Assembly (NCBI GenBank): GCA_963778605.1
Contig: CAVZVF010000001.1
Location: forward strand, 788,097-852,096
DNA: 64,000 nt
Direction: 5' to 3'
From: an uncultured Bacteroidales bacterium
GTDB taxonomy: Bacteria; Bacteroidota; Bacteroidia; Bacteroidales; VadinHA17
Position numbers and translations under genes: made by a program. Below the pieces are notes generated by a model. That model ran no database searches, was not told the DNA's origin, and worked only from the letters and a program-made list of their open reading frames with translations. This document shows positions 53,701 to 63,999 of the stretch, one piece after another (positions within the stretch are counted from its first letter, which is position 1; every line of letters begins with the position of its first letter).

Positions 53701-54113
53701 CCTAATATAATTTCCTGAGAAGTCATTCCAACAAAAGAAAATACGAGAGTGGCATCAGCAGGTACATTGTTTAACACATATTTACCAGATGCATCTGTAA
53801 GAACTCCAAGAGTTGTTCCTTTGACGACAACTGAAACTCCGGGCAACGATTCTCCGTTTGTACTGATAACTCTTCCGGATACCGACCTTTGCTGGAGTTC
53901 TGTTGTTTTAGTCTCAAAGTCAGCAGAAACCAAAATCTTACTTTCCGGGATTATGGCATTTAAAGTTAACGGATGCTCTGATCCTGTAAAAGTGTAATTG
54001 GGATGTGCATGAATTATCCCGGGGTTAACGAGAATAAATATAACACATGCAAACTGTAATACTTTTTTCATGGAATGGTAAACCAATACCAGGAAATGGT
54101 TGTTTTTTTTCAT
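50745..54113 (-). CDS. SusC/RagA family TonB-dependent transporter
   Basis: VIVIGYG, LKDASSSAIYGAQAANGVILITTKKG, RRDGSSKFG and YPLTRIVSFGINVSL. Confidence 0.96.
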   Translation of the reverse strand: MKKNNHFLVLVYHSMKKVLQFACVIFILVNPGIIHAHPNYTFTGSEHPLTLNAIIPESKILVSADFETKTTELQQRSVSGRVISTNGESLPGVSVVVKGTTLGVLTDASGKYVLNNVPADATLVFSFVGMTSQEIILGGRTQVEVVLQEEAVGLEEVIVIGYGIQKKRDVSTSISSVSSKDLKDKPVSSFTQAISGQMAGVRILNSNNAPGGGSNIVIRGMTSINASNDPLIVIDGFPLKDGFNQTENPLNSINTADIESIEVLKDASSSAIYGAQAANGVILITTKKGTMGKPTININVSTGMEKMIHRMDVLNREDFLQFMDDARAQAYIVEDPNYGTNNPDAPLWKWTDDNETRIYNWTNFSSNAGPMAPGNTLYNRWITVTDETKAQPYDTDWQDVATQVGKVQDVQLSTNGGTENLKYMISGGYYKQDGIVNSTGYSRFSFRSNIELKINDWLKTGLLLAPTIENLDVMSGLENAFFDIVRMPPIYGPYDENGDPKYLGFQTGDWKQWNLTDFVNPLVNNLVKDNRRTVKNLATIFGEINLHKDLVLRSEFHTEFRNWERSYFLPTSYPTTSATTSRPQGLNNISSRLYWNSQSFLTYNHNFGGHAVNAILGYSVEETSYRSTYINKYDYATDQVPTLNQAITILNSQNDASTNRSSESMIGSFARVMYNYLGKYYLTGSVRRDGSSKFGANKKWGIFPSFSAAWRVSDENLSSLLSRDILNDLKIRGGWGIIGNSGIGNYNALPTLSATSYVLGTGSAVSPGYVDGRVANSNLGWESTTDYSIGTDVELLKSRISLTVDYFYRLTEDMLFSMPLPTITGFSSYMVNIGSMRNRGFEYLIKTRNMTGNFNWSTTFNLSYYRNRVLNTGKDKRPLISNNSYTIEGKPLANIWGTYFLGPYQDWEDVKTNPIVNASNPKWMYRSSPGTAKLYDVNGDGIIDGSDNTIIGSPNPDFIWGMTNTFEYKGFDLSVQVNGVKGGDHLMTQMESVMARNNGTVNTVYQNFDNYWRPDRTDALYAAPTRKSWDGTSNRGTLLFSGTYVSFQNVSFGYTVPKSLLKRLNLGQVRIYTSIQNALLITNYPGYNPEVNSSGSSALSQGIDAGAYPLTRIVSFGINVSL

Positions 54114-54277
54114 AGATTTCTAAAGGTTATTAGTTAAAAGAATTCTTATTGACAGCTAAAGGTAATAATTAAATTGATTATCAAAAAATTAACTGTATTT
54201 AATTACAGATTAAGATAAAACAGAATAAAATGATAATCAGAAATTACCTTCAAAAATTCAAAAGACATCAGTATTAA

Positions 54278-56461
54278 TCATTCAGTGATAAAATTCACTC
54301 TCCTCACAGAAAAACTATCATCCCCTGAAAATAACAGATAACAGGTTTTTCCATCTTTGCTCATCCATTTTGCAGGAAATGAAGATGTTTCTCCCGGACC
54401 AACATCCCAGTCTTTAGTATAAAACACTGTATGCCATGGACCCCATGGTTCCTGTGCTTCATATATGCCAAACCCTCCCTGAAAACGGGAGCCCTGAGGA
54501 TCTTTGCTATAAGGGAGGACCTGACACCATAAATAACGTTTCAGACCCGGATTATATGTTATTCCTGACCTGTAACAATTTGCAGGATTGGTAAATACAG
54601 CTCCTCTCCCGGAGATATCTTCCGACCAGACTGGTTTTCCCTCCCTGTCTGTATTTTTAAAGTATTCATAAGCATTAATATCACCGATTTTATTTTTATC
54701 TACCCGGGCCAGTACCATCTGATCAGAAGCCTTGTATGCATCTTTTTCATCATTTGAACAGATATAAACATATTTATCTCTGGCCCCACTATAATTTCTT
54801 CCAAAATTGAAAAAAACAGGCAGCCCGAAACTTACTGTAAATTTCCAGTCGCTGTATTTCCAGGTTTTTCCATGATCTGATGACCATGCCAGCTGTGATT
54901 CCTCTCCATCCTCATTAGCATTTCTTACCCACATATAAAGTATCCCGTTTACCATCAGCATGCCACTTGCTTTTTTACCAAGGCGACCCTGTCCGGAATG
55001 TTCACCGGTTTCTGAACGGATATTAATACCCAGAAAATCAGGTGGGTTACCAATAATTTTTGCGATACCTAAGCTTAGTTTTTTGTCGACCTTTGGTTCA
55101 AAACCCCAACCATCACCATATGCCGTATACTGGTTGTCATCATCTGCCCATGTTATTGGCCAGGTATCACTGCCAGAAGCTTTACGAATGATCGAAGATG
55201 CCGGAGCAAACTTAATTTCCTTGATAAATTTGCTCAAAGGGTAGGGAGGATCTTCGTATGCATCCATAAGAGGATTGATAAGATATCTTACCGTGCCATA
55301 ATTAAATCCTTCTCCTTTTTCAGGGTCATACATAGCTTCACCATTCCGGACCACAATTATATTCAGAGAAGGAATGGCTATCAATGTCTGGTTGCCAGCT
55401 CCCGCTCCTGAAAAGAGATCTCTGGGTGCCCGTGTCCACACTCCGTCATAATTATTATACCAGGCAAGACCGCTTGCAAGGGGGAGGTCTTTCTCCTCCC
55501 TCGGGGGTAATGGTGTTCCGGCAAATTTAAGGAGACTCTTTACCCATGAGGAATCAATCAGCTGTTTCCCATCCCAGTTACCGTTATGAAGCATTAATCT
55601 TCCAATTCTTGCCGTTGCCCGGGGTGTAAAACTGCCACCTCCCCAGTTGGCGACAAGACCAAGACCATCAATCTCATATGTCTTCCCGTAACCTATTTGC
55701 CATTCGTCGTCATTAATGCCTATCGGCTTATAAACCCTTTCGCGCAGGAGTGTCCGGATATCTTTATACTTTGTGCCCCTGTAACTTGCCGTTACAGCAT
55801 ATGCCAGCATAGCCATGCCGGGGTTGGAGTACTGATAAGAGGTTCCGGGATCGAATATAACGGGTGCCTTGTCCCTTGCCATAGTGAAAGGATCCGGATC
55901 TTTGCGCCAGAAATTTCCTTTCCATCCGGGAATGTCCATGTGCTTATCCTTAATCACAATGCCATGAGATTTAGCATCACGAATATCCATTTCTGATAAT
56001 TCCGCATCCTCAATTCCGGAACTGTGTGTAGCCAGTTCACGGATAGTAATCTTTGATTTGAGCGGATCATTTTTCCATTCGGGAATAAACTTACAGGCAG
56101 GATCATCAACCATCATTCTTCCGTCGTTCAGGGCAAGCAGTAGAGACATTCCACCTACCAATGCTTTGGCCATGGAAGCAGTATAATGTTGTTTTCCCGC
56201 ATTCCATCCTTCAGCGTACCATTCCAGAATGATCTTGTCATTTCTTATGATAAGCAGTGAGGTGGTCTTATGGCTTGCGAGTGTATCCTTCATTGAATTG
56301 AGTTTTTCGGATGAAAAACCTTCATTTTCAGGTGATGTTTTTTCCCACCTGAAGGATTGCCCATGAATGCTGGATAAAATGAATACCGATAGAAGCATGC
56401 TGATTATATACTTAGCAAAAGGTATCAGTATTTTATCATGAATCATAAATTTTCTTGCCAT
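54278..56461 (-). CDS. Beta-lactamase-fold serine hydrolase fused to a DUF4185-like beta-propeller
   Basis: ASMAK (SxxK), LATHSSG and YSN in the N-half; GSDTWPITWADDDNQYTAYGDG and EPWGPW in the C-half. Confidence 0.8.
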   Translation of the reverse strand: MARKFMIHDKILIPFAKYIISMLLSVFILSSIHGQSFRWEKTSPENEGFSSEKLNSMKDTLASHKTTSLLIIRNDKIILEWYAEGWNAGKQHYTASMAKALVGGMSLLLALNDGRMMVDDPACKFIPEWKNDPLKSKITIRELATHSSGIEDAELSEMDIRDAKSHGIVIKDKHMDIPGWKGNFWRKDPDPFTMARDKAPVIFDPGTSYQYSNPGMAMLAYAVTASYRGTKYKDIRTLLRERVYKPIGINDDEWQIGYGKTYEIDGLGLVANWGGGSFTPRATARIGRLMLHNGNWDGKQLIDSSWVKSLLKFAGTPLPPREEKDLPLASGLAWYNNYDGVWTRAPRDLFSGAGAGNQTLIAIPSLNIIVVRNGEAMYDPEKGEGFNYGTVRYLINPLMDAYEDPPYPLSKFIKEIKFAPASSIIRKASGSDTWPITWADDDNQYTAYGDGWGFEPKVDKKLSLGIAKIIGNPPDFLGINIRSETGEHSGQGRLGKKASGMLMVNGILYMWVRNANEDGEESQLAWSSDHGKTWKYSDWKFTVSFGLPVFFNFGRNYSGARDKYVYICSNDEKDAYKASDQMVLARVDKNKIGDINAYEYFKNTDREGKPVWSEDISGRGAVFTNPANCYRSGITYNPGLKRYLWCQVLPYSKDPQGSRFQGGFGIYEAQEPWGPWHTVFYTKDWDVGPGETSSFPAKWMSKDGKTCYLLFSGDDSFSVRRVNFITE

Positions 56462-56473
56462 TTTTCAGACTGT

Positions 56474-57499
56474 TTACATTATTGGGATTATATATTCAGT
56501 TTTAGATTCACCGGCATAAGAGATAATTATTTTATCATTGGTTAATTGTATCATTCTCCAATTTTCAGGATCATAGCCAAAGGCTCCTGTCATAACCTGG
56601 GTGAGTTTGTTCCCGTTTGGAAACGAATAATTACTTATGCTGTTAATATGTTCATGACCAGCAATGATCAGACGGGTCGAGGAGTTATTTTCAAGAACGC
56701 TGAACAGGTTATACGTTATGCTTTTTGAGGAATATTTTGAAGTTGGTACAGTTAAGTTACGATTTTCAACAGATTTTTCAAAAGGTAACGGCATGTGCAT
56801 AAAAATTATTTCAACGTCTGAAGAAGATTCTTTAAGTTGAAAGTCGAGCCAGAGAAGCTGAGACTGATCAATAATAAACGGCACCTCACCGTCAGAGACT
56901 TCTTTAGTTGCATAATAACTGTTATCAAGAAAGATCAGGCGAAAAGTAGTGGTATCAATTTTTAATACCCGGCTATAATATGTGCCTTCTTTAAAACACG
57001 ATACATTTCTCATCCATGTAGCTCTTGCCCTTCCTGCAAGAAACTGATTGTTTGTATAAGCTAAATCGGGACTTACAAAATAACTTGCAATGTCATGGTT
57101 GCCGAGAGTAAGATATGCAGGCACTTCACATGAATCGAGCAATCTGGTGTACTGTTCAATCTGCGTATCCAAAGTACTCCCCTTTTCAGTCTGGGCTTCG
57201 TAATAATCAATATTGTCACCTGTAATAATTACAAAATCGCTTTGATATTTTCGGGGTATTGATTCAAAGAAATGAACCAGAGGTCCGGCATTATTGCCAA
57301 AATGCCTGCGTTTTTCAACAAAAAATGGATGATAACCTGTCAGATTGCAGATATGGGGATCTGTAACATGGATAAATGTAATTGTGTCAGGTTTTGATAG
57401 AGTTTCGGAAGTTACTGTATCCGCTTTTGTAAAATAAGGCGTAAACAGTGTTAATAACAGCAGACAGACTGATGAATAATGAAACTTTATCCTTTTCAT
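56474..57499 (-). CDS. Secreted calcineurin-like metallophosphoesterase
   Basis: TDPH, TGDNID, GNHD, FMH and AGHEH motifs; signal peptide. Confidence 0.88.
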   Translation of the reverse strand: MKRIKFHYSSVCLLLLTLFTPYFTKADTVTSETLSKPDTITFIHVTDPHICNLTGYHPFFVEKRRHFGNNAGPLVHFFESIPRKYQSDFVIITGDNIDYYEAQTEKGSTLDTQIEQYTRLLDSCEVPAYLTLGNHDIASYFVSPDLAYTNNQFLAGRARATWMRNVSCFKEGTYYSRVLKIDTTTFRLIFLDNSYYATKEVSDGEVPFIIDQSQLLWLDFQLKESSSDVEIIFMHMPLPFEKSVENRNLTVPTSKYSSKSITYNLFSVLENNSSTRLIIAGHEHINSISNYSFPNGNKLTQVMTGAFGYDPENWRMIQLTNDKIIISYAGESKTEYIIPIM

Positions 57500-57633
57500 G
57501 TTTCTAACTTTATATAGAATTTTTTCCGGTGGGTACTAAATTATAAAAAATGTTCATTAAAATTAAATAGTTGATCCTTATTAATACGTGTTTCCAATCC
57601 CCGCAAGAATATTAATTTTAATTTCAGTCAGCG

Positions 57634-57765
57634 ATGAAAATGAGACTTGACATGCCCAACGTTTTCCGGGAAGATTTCAAAAACCGAAAGGATTTTGATG
57701 AGTTTTTCAGTGAACTTTTCAAAGAGGGCAAAAACCAAATGCTTAAGACCGGGATTAATGATTAA
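57634..57765 (+). pseudogene. Possible N-terminal fragment of an IS256-family transposase
   Basis: 43-aa ORF ...FKNRKDFDEFFSELFKEGKNQMLKTGIND resembles IS256 N-termini (recalled pattern); no catalytic domain or IRs seen. Confidence 0.35.
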
Positions 57766-57789
57766 CAAATTTACCATATGTCTCCGGGT

Positions 57790-59694
57790 TTATTCTTTAT
57801 AATCAGCATTATTCGGTACCAGCCCCAGGCTTCCCAGAAAATCCAGACAGGAAGCTTTTACATTATAATTTCGCCCTTTCATTTCATGGACACCATCTAA
57901 TGGTTTCAATAAACGGTTGCTTGTTTTTCATGTATAAGAAGGTAGTTAATAGCCATTAATGCCAGATCCATATTTTCGCTCGGCACAAAACTTTTTAAGG
58001 TTTTCTTCAGCCGTTTTACTGCCTGATTCCTGCCATTCAATTGCAGATGCAGTTATCGCCACGGGAGGATAATCATCATTCATTGCTTTAAGAATCGCAT
58101 TTGAATATGGTTTTAAATCGTCAGCACTTTGCGACCGTAACCCAATAATTGCCCAATACCTGACAATCTTATTTGAATCACCGAGCAACTTAATTTGTTG
58201 AGCAGTAATCTCCTTTCCCCTGAATCCTGACAAGTGAAGCAGCCTGATAAATTTCCGCTACAGGGTAATTCTTATTATTCAGGCGAAATTCATAAGGGGT
58301 GGTCTGTTTTCGAAATAAGACCAATTTCATATTCAGGAAGGAACAAAACATCCCGCGATTGAAGAATTTCCTCTTTCAACTGGTCCCGCATTCGTTCCAG
58401 AACAGGTTTAAATTCAGGATCATGAACCAGATTTTTTGTTTCCCAAATATCGTTTTCAATATCGAATAAGAATTCAGCGGGGCGGTCCTCGAAAAGGCTT
58501 TTTTGCAGTTGGTTTAATTTATTATCAGCCAGATCTTTCCGCATTTGTTGTTTAATCTCCCCTATTTCCATGTAACGGATATACCTGGCTTCGGGCATGA
58601 AAGGCATAAAATTGCGGAATACATATATTTCCCATTAGTCACACTCCTTACCATATCAATACCATTATCCGACCGGTCTTCTGAAAGTATAAGGTGATCT
58701 GCAGGTTTTGACCTGTTTTTTCCCATCAAAATCCTGCCTTTCATATATTCAGGCACTTTGCCGCCGGCAATACTAATCAATGTTGGTGCAAGATCTTCAA
58801 AATCAACGAGCTCATCGGTCACGACACCGCTCAGTACCCCATGGAGACAGATTTTTATACATTTCAGGAAACCATATCACAAACGGTACCCGATAACCGA
58901 GATTGATCCCATTGGTTTTTCCACGCGGCTCTCCTTCTCCATGATCGGCATAGAAAAATATAATAGTGCTGTCTCTTAAATGATCATTTCCCAAACGATC
59001 AAGTAATTCACCAATCTCATTATCTGTCAGCTTTATCGAATTATAGACCCTGGCAAATTGTTTTCGCATTTCAGGGCTATCATTGTAAAATGGAGGCATT
59101 TTAAAATCATTATCACCAATACGTTCACCGGCAGAGAGTTTATTCAGCACATTTTCCGTGTACCAGGAGTAAGATTCTGTCATGGTCCTGGACTGGTGTG
59201 AGTCCATAAAATTAAAGACTGCAAAAAAAGGTTGTCCCGGTTTGCGTTTCCACCAGCCTGCTTCTCCTGAACTTTCATTCCAGGCTTTTTTTGTGAACTC
59301 TTCAGCGTTAGCAACATTATAGTCTGTTTTTTTATTGTTGCATGTATAATAACCTTCTTTTTGCAGATAGTATGGGAATCCCTTTAATATAATCAGGGAC
59401 CGGGTAGTTGCTACGGTGGTTACCTGTACCTGTTTTATAGGTCTTAACACCGGTAATAATACAGGATCGGCTGGGGGAACAAACTGTGCCGGTAGAAAAA
59501 GCATTGGTAAACCGAACACCCTCCTTCGCCAACCGGTCTATAACCGGAGTCCTGGCATCTTTGTTCCCGTAACAACCTACAAACTGGGGTGAAGTATCTT
59601 CGATTGTGATCCAAAGAATATTCGGTTTTTGTTGGGCAATTACTGCACTTCCAAAGAATAAAGGCATAAACAGCAGGTTTTTATACGGGTTCAT
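57790..59694 (-). CDS. S1 sulfatase with C-terminal HEAT-like repeats, Cys-type, multiple frameshifts
   Basis: ILWITIED, CSPSRSCIITG, YADHGEG, RSVTNGKY and LLGDSNKIVRYWAIIGL; tail ...LGLVPNNADYKE*. Confidence 0.85.
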
Positions 59695-59705
59695 GTTGCG
59701 ATTTA

Positions 59706-61222
59706 TTAGTTGATAATTTTCATTTGGAAGAGACCTTTGAAATATTTTTTCAAAATATATTCCGGTTGCAGCTTATCCGGGATTTGCTTTAGTTTTTTAT
59801 AGTCGTATTCAAGCGGCAAAATTGTTTTCGGGTTCATTGTCGCTGTATCATTGGTTAATGTGTACCATTCTTTCAGCAACACCATCATTTCATCTACCAT
59901 GGTTTTATTTTCGGGAAGGGCTGCAAGGTTATTAATTTCCAACGGATCGTGTTTCAGATTGAACAACTGTGTATAATTCCGTTGCGGATACCTGATTAAT
60001 TTCCATTCATCGGTGCGGACGGCCCTGGCAGTATTACGATAAACCGTATAAAGTGAACTGCGAACTTCTTTTTCCTTTCCCCTGACGACAGAAACAAAGT
60101 CCTTACCATCAATACCATCAGGTGCAGGCAAACTGCACAGGTCCGCCAGGGTTGGAAAGATGTCGTACAGGTAAACCAGTGCATCTCTTACTTCATTTTT
60201 CGGAATGCCCGGCCCGCTGATTATCAGGGGCACTTTTGTACTATGTTCATAAAGGTCCTGCTTGCCTAATAATCCGTGGCTTCCGATTGCCAGTCCATTG
60301 TCGGCAGCGTAAACAATGATTGTATTATCAAATAAGCCTTCCTTTTTTAAGGTTTCAATAATATCGCCTATCCTTTTGTCAAGATGACTGATCAGGGCAT
60401 AGTAATCGGATAGTGATTCCTGTATTATTTCCGGAGTTCGTGGCCAGGGCGCAAGTGTTTCGTCCCTGATGTTTAAATCATCGAATTCAAAAGGGTGCAG
60501 AGCTTTAAAATTTCCCGGCAACGGAATTGATCCATCGGGATACATTCCGATGTAATCTTTACGTGGTGAACGCGGATCATGAGGGGCAGTAAAAGCCACG
60601 TAACAAAAAAATGGCTTTTTCACGCGCCCCTTTTGCATAACTGTTCAGATAGCCTATGGCTGCATCGGTAAACAGATCGGTGGAAAACCCTTTTTTTACC
60701 GGGCTGCTTAGTTTACGATCGGGCCCCAGGCTTTGGCATGGGACCTGATAATGATCGGCCATACCCCCAAGGAATACATTTTCACCTTTCTGAAAAGAAG
60801 CCTCAAAAGTTTTTGCGCTATTGTGCCATTTCCCGGTTCCGAAAGTTTCATAACCATTTTCGGCAAAATGCATCGGCATTGTATGAACTCCATCAAGATG
60901 ATCATAAACATGGAAAAGGCTTTTCCCGCGTTAACAGCATGGCCCGGCTGGGGGCACATATGGCCCCATGATGTCCTCCCATGACATAATTGTTGGTGAA
61001 CCGGACACCATTTTCAGCCAACTTATCGATATTTGGTGTTCTGATGTAGGTATTTCCTGCACATCCCATGGCATCGGCCCGTTGGTCGTCAGCAAAAAGG
61101 AAAAGTACGTTCGGTTTGGACCGGTTTTCTTTCTTTTCTGCCGCAGTTCCCTTACCGGTATTGCAGCTCACAAACGTTCCGAATAACATAAGTGCAGATA
61201 CCGGAAATAATACGTTTTTCAT
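59706..61222 (-). CDS. S1 sulfatase (lipoprotein), Cys-type, frameshifted
   Basis: Lipobox FVSC; ADDQR, CAPSRAMLLT, GKWH, APHDPR and ADNGLAIGSHGLLGKQ motifs. Confidence 0.88.
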
Positions 61223-61224
61223 TT

Positions 61225-61849
61225 TTAATTCTTTTTCAGGTTTGATATTGTTTCAATATCTTCAGGAAGGAACGAACCAGATGTCAGTACAATAGCCATT
61301 GAATTTTTCAGTTTCCCCATTGTGAAAGTAAGTATCATTGAAATAATCATTGTTCCAATAATCGGGAGCCTGACCAACCCCGCCTCCTTTAAGAACCATC
61401 GATTCGTCAAACCCCCGATCCTGAGTGCGGTACGGATAATTATCTCCCAGGTGCCATTTTCCAAAAATACCTGTGGTATAACCACCTTCTTTAAATGCCT
61501 TTGCAATGGTTGTCCGGTCCGCATCCAGAATTTCCCGTCCATTGATTGTATGCCAAACGCCAACTTTATTACAATAATTACCGGTCATTAATCCGGACCG
61601 ACTTGGGGCACAGGTTGTCCCGACATGAAAATTAGTAAAGCGAACACTCTGCGAATGCAGTTTGTCCATGTTAGGAGTCTTAATCAAAGAATTACCATGA
61701 CATCCCATGTCTCCGTATCCCTGATCATCGGTCAGTATAAAAATAACATTTGGTTTGTCTTGTTTTTTGACAGATTGTCCGTGACATCCAACGGACAAAA
61801 TTATTGGAGCTAAGAACATTCCAATTGATGCAGATTTATTGTATGTCAT
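61225..61849 (-). pseudogene. Truncated arylsulfatase (N-terminal ~190 aa only)
   Basis: TDDQGYGD, CAPSRSGLMTG, GKWHLG and GYCTDIWF, then an abrupt end; no room for the remaining >250 aa before the next gene. Confidence 0.8.
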
Positions 61850-61869
61850 GTGCGTGTTACTATTTTCTG

Positions 61870-62000
61870 AATCATGCTATCATAATAAGGGTTTTTCACC
61901 ATCATTTTTTGTGGTGAACCAGGTGTGCTTCGATCATCCTGGATGTACTTTATCATCAGCTCCATCCTCCTGAACCGGGAGACAATAATAATTCTTCAAT
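61870..62000 (-). pseudogene. Collapsed C-terminal relic of another arylsulfatase
   Basis: Reads LLLSPGSGGWS joined directly to ELMIKYIQDDRSTPGSPQK(N)DG, two motifs recalled as separated in Bacteroidota arylsulfatase C-termini. Confidence 0.6.
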
Positions 62001-62081
62001 ATCAAGACTGGAATAATACCAGGTCATTTATTATTACCTGATTTTTTTCGTCTGTTTAATCAATTATTAATGTAATAATTA

Positions 62082-62225
62082 ATTCTACTTTGACAGATTA
62101 GAAAAATCAACCTGTTTTGCCCTTGATCCCTAAAGGGAACAGGTTGATTTTTCAGTTTGCTCCCTTTAGGGTCGGGGCAAACAAACTGAAAAATCGTTGT
62201 AAGATGTAATATGTCAAAGTAGAAT
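62082..62225. mobile_element. 144-bp MITE-like element with interleaved stems (copy 2)
   Basis: TIR attctactttgaca / tgtcaaagtagaat perfect, TA-flanked; about 9 differences from 48529..48673. Confidence 0.85.
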
Positions 62226-62239
62226 TAATATACTTTACT

Positions 62240-63701
62240 TTAATTGCAATATTTTTTTTTCGTATCAGCAACTGCTTTACCACCTGTAACAGGTTCAGGA
62301 TGATCTTCATGAAGAAGGGCTTTCATTTGTTGTTTACACCGGCATATTTTGAATTCCCGGCAAGATTATGCAATTCCTTCGGGTCAGCTTCTTCATTGTA
62401 TAATTCTTCCCCCATTTTTCCGAAACCCCATTCAGTATATCTCCATACTTCGGTACGAACACTATGACCTGGTGTATTTCCTCTCTGAACCTGGGTAAAA
62501 GCAGGATGATTCCATTCTGCTTCAGGGTTTTTAAGAAGAGGAAGCAAACTATATCCTTGTATATTTGAAGGAGGCGTTAAACCTGTAAGTTCGGCAAGCG
62601 TCGGATAAATGTCGATCAACTCAACTGTTCGCTTACAAATCTTTCCGGCTGATTTATTTCCCGGAAAAGAAATGATTAAAGGACTTTTTGCTGATTCTTC
62701 AAAACAACTTTGCTTAAACCATAAGCCATGTTCTCCAAGATGGTATCCGTGATCGCTCCAAAAAACAATGACAGTATTCTCACTTAATCCCAATGAATCA
62801 AGAGCATCGAGCAACCGTCCGATTTGGGCATCTACAAATGAAATAGCAGCAAAATAAGCCAGTTTGCACTCCCTGGCCTGGTCGGTGGTGATGCCAAAAT
62901 AAGGCCATGGTTTAGTGGATGCTAAAGCCAGCTCAGGGTAATCATCCGGCGTTTCCGAAGATATTTTGGGAAGACTCATCTGGTCCTGGTTATACATGTC
63001 GAAATATTTTTTTGGTGTTATCCATGGGGTATGAGGCTTATAGAACCCGGCAGCGATAAAAAACGGTTTGTTTTTATGCTTCTCCAATAGTTTAATAGCT
63101 TCAGTGGCAACCTTCCCGTCGGTATGTTCCACGTCTTTTCCCTTTCTGTCGGAAAGATAGGCCATTGCTGAACCCAGACCCCTGTTCGGTGTATAATTTA
63201 TGAGGTCAAGTTCAAGGGACGTTTTATCAAGTCCTGATGGATTTATGCGTTCCATCCATGATGCCCTGTCGTCTAACCCATTAGTGCCTATATCACCCGG
63301 GTTTCCATAATGGTACATCTTTCCAACACGGGCAACAAAGTAGCCGTTTTTAATGAACATTTGCGGAAGAGTTACCACATCAGGCATATCCTGCCTGAAA
63401 TGATATTTAAATCAAAAACACGTGTTTTGTCAGGACGCAAGCCTGTTAAAAGGGAGCTGCGACTGGGACTGCTAAGTGGGAACTGGCAATAAGAGTTTGC
63501 AAATGCAACACCTTTCGATGCCAGTCGGTCGATATTTGGAGATTTCACCAATGGATGACCGTAACAACCCAGGTCATTGTTCATGTCATCAACAGCGATG
63601 AAGAGGACGTTCATTTTCTTTCCCTGGGCATGAATTGTACCAGCAGTAACCGTGAGGGCCATGGGAAGAATCATACTGTTCAGAAAGGAATTTTTCATCA
63701 T
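62240..63701 (-). CDS. S1 sulfatase (iduronate-2-sulfatase-like), Ser-type, two frameshifts
   Basis: [32 protein letters not shown] and [11 protein letters not shown] motifs; tail ...KKKYCN*. Confidence 0.9.
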
Positions 63702-63723
63702 ATAATAATTTATTTTAATGGTA

Positions 63724-63794
63724 TGATGGAACCCACATGTAACTGATTATTATAATATTGTGTTTGTGTATTCAAATACATGGGGGGTTCATCA
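63724..63794. repeat. Inverted repeat related to the 12.9-kb element
   Basis: tgatggaacccacatgta / tacatggggggttcatca around an AT-rich spacer. Confidence 0.55.
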
Positions 63795-63858
63795 CTATAT
63801 AATTTTATTATCTAATATTTCATAAATCAATACCTGTTTAATTTTTGATTATCACTAT

Positions 63859-63999
63859 TTATTTCTTTATTCCCCATTTTTTGAATAACCATTCCAAAGT
63901 ACGATAGGGATAGCTTGCAAGTCCCTCAGGAGTGGCGCCCAGTTCTTTAAATAGTTGTTTAACAGCTGCTGTCAGTTCAGGATTATTATCATTAATTGC
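63859..63999 (-). CDS. C-terminal end of an unidentified gene entering from beyond the window
   Basis: Open frame AINDNNPELTAAVKQLFKELGATPEGLASYPYRTLEWLFKKWGIKK*. Confidence 0.6.
   Translation of the reverse strand, partial: AINDNNPELTAAVKQLFKELGATPEGLASYPYRTLEWLFKKWGIKK

Noticed and set aside
54278-56461. Antibiotic-resistance beta-lactamase
   Set aside because: The SxxK fold is shared by many esterases and amidases; the fusion and PUL context argue against a resistance call
343-63746. Numerous short antisense or overlapping ORFs in the ORF track
   Set aside because: They are shadows of well-supported genes and carry no recognisable motifs
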